Source: the human T2T-CHM13v2.0 reference genome, Homo sapiens | Length of the DNA: 64,000 nt | Direction: 5' to 3' (one strand) | NCBI RefSeq assembly: GCF_009914755.1 | Contig: NC_060933.1 | Shown here: piece after piece, positions 53,660-64,000 of the stretch | Layout: every line of letters begins with the position of its first letter | How positions within the stretch are numbered: the stretch's first letter is position 1 | The notes under the pieces: model-generated | What the model was told of the DNA's origin: nothing | The model's input: the letters and a program-made list of their open reading frames with translations, nothing else | Databases searched by the model: none | Made by a program: the position numbers and the translations under genes

Positions 53660-54383
53660 AGTCTGGTTAGCAATTAAATGTGCCCCATGCTAAGACAGTG
53701 GACAGGAGCACTAATATGTTCATGCTTCACCCCCAAAATCCCCAACCAGGCACTCATGAATACTTACAGGTTACTGCCAGGCAATTTCATTCCTCTAATC
53801 CTGACTATGGTCTGTGCCCCTTGCTAGCAGGAAGAAGCTAGAGTGATCTTCAGCTAATTCCCACCATATTAGTTCTCACCTCAGGACTGAGGTATGATCA
53901 AGCCCAGGGGGGACTAAACTGTCCTTATAAACTTTATAAAATTAATAACGTAAGAAGGGAGAGATGGGGAAATAAAAATAAACCAAGCTTGCAGCACATT
54001 CAACATTAATCATTAGGTAGCTTGCTCTCTGGCCCACTTCCACATTGTTGTTTGTGGCCTATTGTGTGTGAATCAAGTAAATCCAAGCAGTTCCTAAGAT
54101 TATAATTTCCCTTAACTGCTCTGTCTACAGAGCAAGAAATTTTCAGTGTCTTGCTTTAAATAACTAAGCTACATTAACTACATAAGTACTTAAATGTAAA
54201 ATTAAAATATGAGGAAAGAAATAAGTATAGCAACTATAACAAGGAAAGATGTTATACTTACTTCTTTCCGCAAGGAAAGGAGTATAACAACTAAAACAAG
54301 TTCAACATTATGAAACATTAAATTTTCCCTTTGAGATACCCTTTCAGGTCCTGGATACCAGTGGAACTACTAGTATCAGCTGA

Positions 54384-54774
<391 letters not shown>

Positions 54775-54820
54775 TAATGAATTCATCCCCCTTGCCCTGA
54801 CCAATCGATTACCCCAATTT

Positions 54821-55327
<507 letters not shown>

Positions 55328-56033
55328 TAACACTTCCACAAACTTCCCCTCTCCACAGGCACAAACACATAAACCCACTCCTATAATGATTCGTGAATAT
55401 TTCAGGCTTTACTGAAGATTGAGAGATCTAGGGGAGAGGAGGTCAGAGTGGTTTGCCTCACTTAAAACAAACGAGCTTGACACTAAACATGCGGCCTATC
55501 TATTCAAAATGTCTTCTGGCTAACCCACCCCAGAGGAGTCTCCACTGGCCCTTCATTCCACAGGGTCCTTTACACTATCACCCCAGCTTCTCCTATGCCT
55601 CGCATCTTTCTCTTCTTGTCTCACTCAGAGCAGTTTGCTCAGCATCTTTTGCTGCTTTGTTTCCTGCTCTCTGAACCTCACATTCAACCCAGGCAGATTC
55701 TCTAGGTATTTCTACCAAAGTATCTTCCAGTAGCAAACTCACGGTGCCAGCTGTTTGATCCATTTTTGTTTTTACTTCATTACACCTGAGACGAGGGAAT
55801 CCCAGTATTAGTTCCACCACAGGGATAAACAGAGGGCCCTGAAGAGGGACCCCTAAGCCAGTCTTGGAGTGGGTATCAAGTGAAAGGTTTTCCAGAGGAA
55901 GAGACATCTGAAGTAGGAACAGGAGTTACCCAGGACAAGAAGGGAGATGGCACAACCCACTGAGACTGGAAAATTTAGCACTGATAGAGTAGAACATACA
56001 CATAAGGAGTAAAGCTATAGAGTAATGGGGCAC

Positions 56034-56308
56034 ACTGGGCGCGGTGGCACACGCCTGTAATCCCAGCACTTTGGGAGGCTGAGGCAGATCACCTGAGGTC
56101 AGGAGTGCAAGACAAGCCGGACCAACATGGTGAAACCACATCTCTACTAAATACAAAAAATTAGTCAGGTGTGATGGCACATGCCTGTAATCCCAGCTAC
56201 TTGGGAGGATGAGGCAGGAGAATCGCTTGAACCCCGGGGGCGGAGATCGTGCCACTGCACTCCAGCCTTGGCGATAAGAGCAAAACTGCATCTAAAAAAA
56301 AATAATAA
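56034..56308 (+). mobile_element. AluS with small internal deletions
   Basis: Lacks gttgcagtgagccgag between ggcggag and atcgtg. Confidence 0.94.
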
Positions 56309-56417
56309 CAGGGCAGCCCACAAGTAGAGTGCATCAGCTAAGGGACTGTCACTGCATTTAGAAAGCAATGCATAGATGGTAAAGGATTTTGAAGCATAAT
56401 ACAAGCAGATTTGCACT

Positions 56418-56743
56418 TTTTTCCTTTCTTTTCTTTTTTCTTTTTTTTTTTTTTTGGTAGGGGGGATGGAGTCTCACTCTGTTGCCCAGGCAGGGGTGCA
56501 GTGGCACAATCTTGGCTCACAGCAGCCTCCACCTCCCAGATTCAAGCAATTCTCCTGCCTCAGCCTCCTGGGTGACTGGGATTACAGGGGTGCACCACTA
56601 CTGTCCACTGATTTTGTATTTTTATTATAGAGAGGGTTTCACCACGTTGGCCAGACTGGTCTCGAACTCCTGACCTCAAGTGACCCATCCGCCTCAGCCT
56701 CCCAAAGTGCTGAGATTACAGGTGTGAGCCATCATGTCCAGCC
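56418..56743 (-). mobile_element. AluS
   Basis: TSD t(g/a)cactttttt. Confidence 0.95.
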
Positions 56744-57344
56744 TACACTTTTTTCTTTCTAAAAATCACTGCAAGAATTCCCTTGAGGTTGCAGGAGGGG
56801 AGAGATCCCGGAGGCAGAGTGCGGTGGACTGGGGAAGGGGGTTGCAGCTCTAGAGTGCAGGCTGGAGATGTAGAGGAGGGGAAAAATTAGGGAGCTATAT
56901 CAGAGGTAGACTGGAAACCACCTAGTGATTCATTGGAAGGGGTGCGGTGGTGAGCCAAGAGGGTACCGGATCATGGTGAGGATTCAAGGGTCAAGATTGC
57001 AGCAGGTTTCACTGGTAGATGGTGTGGCCTTCTGCTGGGAGGTGGGGCATTTGGACACAGCTGATGAATTGATTCCCTCTAGTCCTCCCCTGATGGGCTC
57101 CTAACCTTCAGGGTATTTGCTTCTCGCTATCCTTGTCAGCTGCAGTGGGGGACCACAACTCCTTGAGTTCTGCCCAGCTGCAGCTGGACAATTTTTGAAC
57201 ACTTCTGCTCCTGGCTGATGCCTGGTGGCTTGCGGCCTCCCACAGAGAGAACAGATTGAAGCAGCTGGCACTGCAGCCAGAGACGGATGCAGTTGAGCAG
57301 AGAGAAGAGGACACAGAAGGCACCGTGAGGAACTCAGAGCTGCT

Positions 57345-57465
57345 CAATGGTTATGTGACCCTAGGCAATTCAGTTACCTTCTCTGAGTCTTAGATTCTCT
57401 ATCTACACTTTAATGATGGGGGAGAATACTTACTTCAGACACGTGTTTTAAAGATTTCACATAAA
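57345..57465 (+). mobile_element. MIR SINE
   Basis: tatgtgaccctaggcaattcagttaccttctctgagtcttag. Confidence 0.7.
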
Positions 57466-57467
57466 GC

Positions 57468-58221
<754 letters not shown>

Positions 58222-58736
58222 TTAGTCCATCTTGATGGACTCAGAGTACCTTCGAAGTGAAAATAGGATCTGAGAATAGGAGCATGTACTATTAGCACAA
58301 TAATGTCAAGGTTAATATTTCACAACATGGAGAGTCAAAGTCATTTTAATTGGAGGAATTTCATGTTACACTGGACTGTGTGATCCTCGTAAGAAAATAA
58401 TTCTTGTACAGACATTTGCCTAAGACTAATCAGGAAAAAAGAGAGCTTAGTCATTACTGCCAGACAGAAACCAAACTGAAGTCTGGTTTTTACCTTCCCC
58501 CATTCCCTTCATAAACAAAGAGGCCCAGGGGAAGAATCGCATGAGATGAACACCTCATTCAGACAGTGCGTGATGAGGTGAGGAGTCAAGGCCACATCTA
58601 TGTGTGTATGGAGCCCAAGCCCTTCCTGCCACACCAGCAGGCGAGAGCCCCCGCATCTCAGCCCTTTCAGCCTCAGCTGCCTCTGGTTCCCTTCCCCCAC
58701 CAAACTTCCTCCCTCCTCCAGACACACACAAGCTGC

Positions 58737-58760
58737 CACCATCACCATCACCATCACCAC
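58737..58760. repeat. (CACCAT)n short tandem repeat
   Basis: caccatcaccatcaccatcaccac. Confidence 0.85.
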
Positions 58761-59684
58761 ACACAGCACCCAAGTGCCAACCCGATAGCTGAATTGGCCT
58801 TCCCTCCAGAAACGTGACAATACTGAACACCTTCCCAGGCCCTGCCCGATGCTGGCTCAGGAGAGGGGAGATCCTACCCCTGCTGGAGGATCTCCCAGTG
58901 AAGTGAGGAGAGAGCCCTAGAGGCATGTAACACTGACCCCTCCACAAAGACCCAGTAGCCCTACCTACTCCATTTTGGAAAGTACGTAACTGGGAAGAAG
59001 GAATGCACCCAGGAATTTCTAGGATGTCATGCCTGAGGAGCCCTGTGGGAGAGGGGTTATGCCAGAAGCATAGTGGGGAAGGGAGCAAAAAGAGGCTCCC
59101 TTTTTCCCTGATTAGCGCCACTCCATTAGGAGCCTCGAGCTGCTCTTCCCCCTGCCTGGCTGACTGCTGTCTTGGGTGTGTCTGGGAATCAGCCACTGGA
59201 GACAGTGAGTGTGGTTGGGGGAAGGCCGGAGAGTGACTGCTGGTAACCCCAGCTGCACATGATGGTGGCCAGCTGCCAGCTGGCTCCTCCCAAAGCCTCC
59301 CAGCTGGCAACGGCTTTGAAGTCAGACAAGCCACGGCTCCTAGGCTGTCCCGAGGGGATGTAAGTCCAGGACCTACACACAAAGCACCTATCCAATGACA
59401 AGCTAAGTCCAGGCAGGTCCTCCTAAAGGCCCCTGGCTCTCAGACCAGCTGATGCAACTAGATTAGAAAAAACAGAACATGCAAAGCTTACTCACTGCCG
59501 GCTGAAACAGTCGGAAGGACAGTTCACAAAGCCATTTCCCATCCATTATATCATTTCATCTGCCCAAAAACCCAGAGGAGAGTCCTGCCGACCCCAGCCA
59601 TGGGCACGCTGCTCAGCCTCTCTGTGCCTTAGTTACTGTCCTTGTGAAATGGGCAACAATAAGAACACCTCTTCTGCTTTCTAG

Positions 59685-59890
59685 CTGTTTGTCAATTTCT
59701 AGTCACGTGTCTTGGGCAATGCATTTAACTTAATTGTGCTTCAATTTTCTCACATGTCAATGAGGTTAAAAATAGAACCAACCTCATGGGATAGCTGGGA
59801 AAATTAAATAAGTTAATACACCTAGAGCACTCAAAACAATGGCTGGATGCATACAAAGTGCTCCATAAATGCTAGCAACTATTATTATTT
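59685..59890 (+). mobile_element. MIR SINE
   Basis: gtgtcttgggcaatgcatttaactt...gtgctccataaatgctagcaactattatt. Confidence 0.75.
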
Positions 59891-60365
59891 CTGTGGTTAT
59901 TATTAATCAGGGGATTGTTAGGAGGATCAACAAAACATTAACAGCTGCCATATAGTGCACATTGACCGTGTTTCTGGCACTGGGTTCAGTCTTTTATGGG
60001 AATTACCTTGTACATAATGTTTAGTACACGCTGACTGCAGCACCTAATTCATAGAGAGCCCTTAACAAACAGTAGCCACTATCCTTATCTCCCTCATTCC
60101 ACAGAGGGGCAAACAACTCAGAGGCTTAATGATTTACCCAAGTCCACAAAGCTAATAAGTAAGGAGAACTTAGACTTGAATCCAGGTCTTCTGAGAAACA
60201 GGCTTCCGTGATCCTTCAATTCTCACCTTCTTCTTGTCCCACCTTCCCCAGCCTGGCACTCAGCATTTGCTCCACAGCTAAAGCTGGCTTCCCTTCATGA
60301 GACACATCTGCTGCTCAGTCGCAAGGTGCCCAGCCTTCTCCGCACAGGTGTTAAGAGCTCCTGCA

Positions 60366-60960
<595 letters not shown>

Positions 60961-61059
60961 TTAGTTGAGCAAAGTGAGTCCACAACCAGCAGCAGCCAGC
61001 TGAGGGGTGAAAGATGTTTCCCTGCACGTTACATATCAAAGGCAATGTTTTGCTTAAGA

Positions 61060-61205
61060 CATGACTGCTGGACTGTGGGCAAGTTACTTCCCGTCTCTGG
61101 GCCACAGTTTCCTCACGTGAAATGTTGAAAAAATAAGACTCATCCAGCAGGGCTGCTCTAAGGGCCAAATGAGAGAATGGATGTCAGAGCACAGGACCTG
61201 GCACC
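61060..61205 (+). mobile_element. MIR SINE
   Basis: gggcaagttacttcccgtctctgggccacagtttcctcacgtgaaatg. Confidence 0.75.
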
Positions 61206-61712
61206 AGAAACACAAACAGGAGGAGTCAGCACACTGTACGGACTCCACAAATGCTCACTGACCAGATGGAACTTGACAGCCCAATATGCCAAGGTGGCTC
61301 ACGGTAAAGTGAGCAAGAACACCTTAAGGGAGAGTACAAGGATGTGAGACCAAGATCCTCACTGAAGAATAAAAGCCTGTGTCCACCACAGGGGGCTCCA
61401 GCCTGGAGAAGGACACTCTCCCAGAAACTCTGCAAAACCCCACTTACCATAGAAGATGGAGAAGCCGTGTGGCAGAGGCACAAGATAGCAGCCATGGGGA
61501 GATGTGACCAGTTAGGTGACAAGGAAGCAATGGAGCTGCCTTTGCATTTGAAGCTCAAGATTCATATGAGCTGGTCCTTGCCAAGAAACAGGTGCACACT
61601 GAGGAGGACCAGAGTGGTGGTATGCTAGAGCTGTCATGGATCATGGCCCACAAGAGCCAATTGCTACTTTTTCAGAATGTTTGCAAACCAGTTACTAAAT
61701 GTGGCCATGGAA

Positions 61713-62087
<375 letters not shown>

Positions 62088-62186
62088 TCAAAACTCATCA
62101 CTTCCTAATTATTATTACTGTATTTTACTACCATCTATGCTCTTAAAGTGATTTATATCTATTATATCTCTGTGATAGAAATGCTC

Positions 62187-62497
62187 GGCCGGGCATGGTG
62201 GCTCACGCCTGTAATCCCAGCACTTTGGGAGGCTGAGGCAGATGGATCACGAGGTCAGGAGTTTGAGACCAGCCTGGCCAACATAGTGAAACCCCGTCTT
62301 TACTAAAAATACAAAAAAAAAATTAGCTGGGTGTGGTGGCACGTGCCTGTAGTCCCACCTACTCAGGAGGCTGAGGTGGGAGAATTTCTTGAACCTGGGA
62401 GGCAGAGGTTGCAGTGAGCCAAGACCACGCCACTGCAGTCCAGCCTAGGTTAATAGAGTGAGACTCCATCTCAAAAAAAAAAAAAAAAAAGAAAAGG
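62187..62497 (+). mobile_element. AluS (Sg-like)
   Basis: TSD gaaatgctc. Confidence 0.96.
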
Positions 62498-63156
62498 GAA
62501 ATGCTCAGTCCTATTACATTTTTTAAACCTGAATCAGCCATAGAGTATTTACACCACAGGAATGGGCAAACCTACAAATCATGATCCCTTCCCTGCCCTA
62601 CAGAGCCAGTTGTTAAACATTTATCAGCTCACCACTAATGAAGAGGCTCTCCACTGCTCCAGTGCCTCCAAGGAAATGGGCTTTTATGAGACTTTGAGTC
62701 GTGCTGTCTTGCATGCTTAGGTTGTGTTTTCTCTGTTAATTAAATTTCTGGCCACAGCTTCATATTAAGAGCCCTTACAAGGCATTTCATGAGGTCTAAT
62801 GATCTCAGGAGTGTGGAAAGGCACATTTCTGCAATGAGTCTAACAATATGGAGGGCTACATGAAGCATGCTGCCCTTCACAAAGGGCAGGGAAGTTACAC
62901 AAGAGGAGACCAATATAAACTTAAAGCCTTTTCTTGTCTTCCCCAACCTTCAGAACATTCCTGTAGTGTTCAGTTCAACTAACAGTTATTTCATACTCAC
63001 CACAGCCAAGGCACTGGGCCAGGAGGAGGAGAAGGAAGACGCATAGTCTATTCTCAGGAAGCTTAAAGCGTGGTGAGGTGAACAGTCTCTCACCATCACA
63101 TTGAGACCTACACTGAACTCCCTATTTTAAATTATAATTCCCCTCAGCACTCCTAA

Positions 63157-63796
<640 letters not shown>

Positions 63797-64000
63797 TAAT
63801 TCCCCCATTCTTATTTTCTCCATAACACTTGTCACCTTCTAACATATTATATAATTTGTTTTTTTTAGTGATTTTTTTTTTTTTTTTTTACTGTTGTTAT
63901 TTCCTCGCTAGAATATTAGGTCCACAAGGACAAGGATTTTGGTGTGGTTTGTTCCCGTGCCTGGAATAGTTCTGGCCCAGAGTAGGCTATCCATCAATTT

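Larger units (their letters stand above)
55790..57050 (-). mobile_element. L2 fragments
   Basis: gtgaaaggttttccagaggaagagacatctgaagtagg; ggtaaaggattttgaagca...gatttgcac. Confidence 0.55.

Noticed and set aside
58566-58817. ORF with a poly-His run
   Set aside because: The His run is simply the (CACCAT)n repeat; the rest has no protein similarity I recognise.
58555-59382. Longest ORF (275 aa, minus)
   Set aside because: No recognisable domain, non-ATG start (gtg), and composition typical of chance ORFs in GC-rich DNA; no supporting splice structure.

Overview
Primate (very likely human) non-coding genomic DNA, intergenic or deep intronic. I find no supportable protein-coding exon, CpG island, intact RNA gene or CRISPR array. 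Nearly all ORFs in the supplied track are translations of Alu, L1, LTR or simple-repeat sequence. The window holds about 55 Alu copies (roughly a quarter of the sequence, many with readable target-site duplications, TSDs). It also holds a 5'-truncated L1PA15/16-like element (4353-9310, minus) nested in an older L1MC, several MaLR/ERVL solo LTRs, hAT MITEs (MER33, MER20, MER63-like) and MIR/L2/L3 relics. A complete but decayed ERV1 (MER4-group) provirus spans 47561-55332 with MER39-like LTRs, a 4-bp TSD, PBS, splice donor, and gag, integrase and env remnants. The most unusual observations are: (1) an Alu-spacer-Alu composite at 63167-63795 whose 39-nt spacer looks like the captured 3' trailer of a Pol III Alu transcript ending in its TTTTT terminator; (2) a mosaic provirus with an internal second PPT plus partial MER4-type LTR; (3) a self-templated, hairpin-forming ~168-bp insert in only one LTR; (4) a tailless 35-nt U2 snRNA retrocopy; (5) an 84-nt near-perfect hairpin; (6) two dense CAGCTG E-box clusters in unique DNA. 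Repeat family names come from remembered consensus sequences, not from a search, and boundaries of old repeats are approximate. I see no evidence of a novel multi-gene system.
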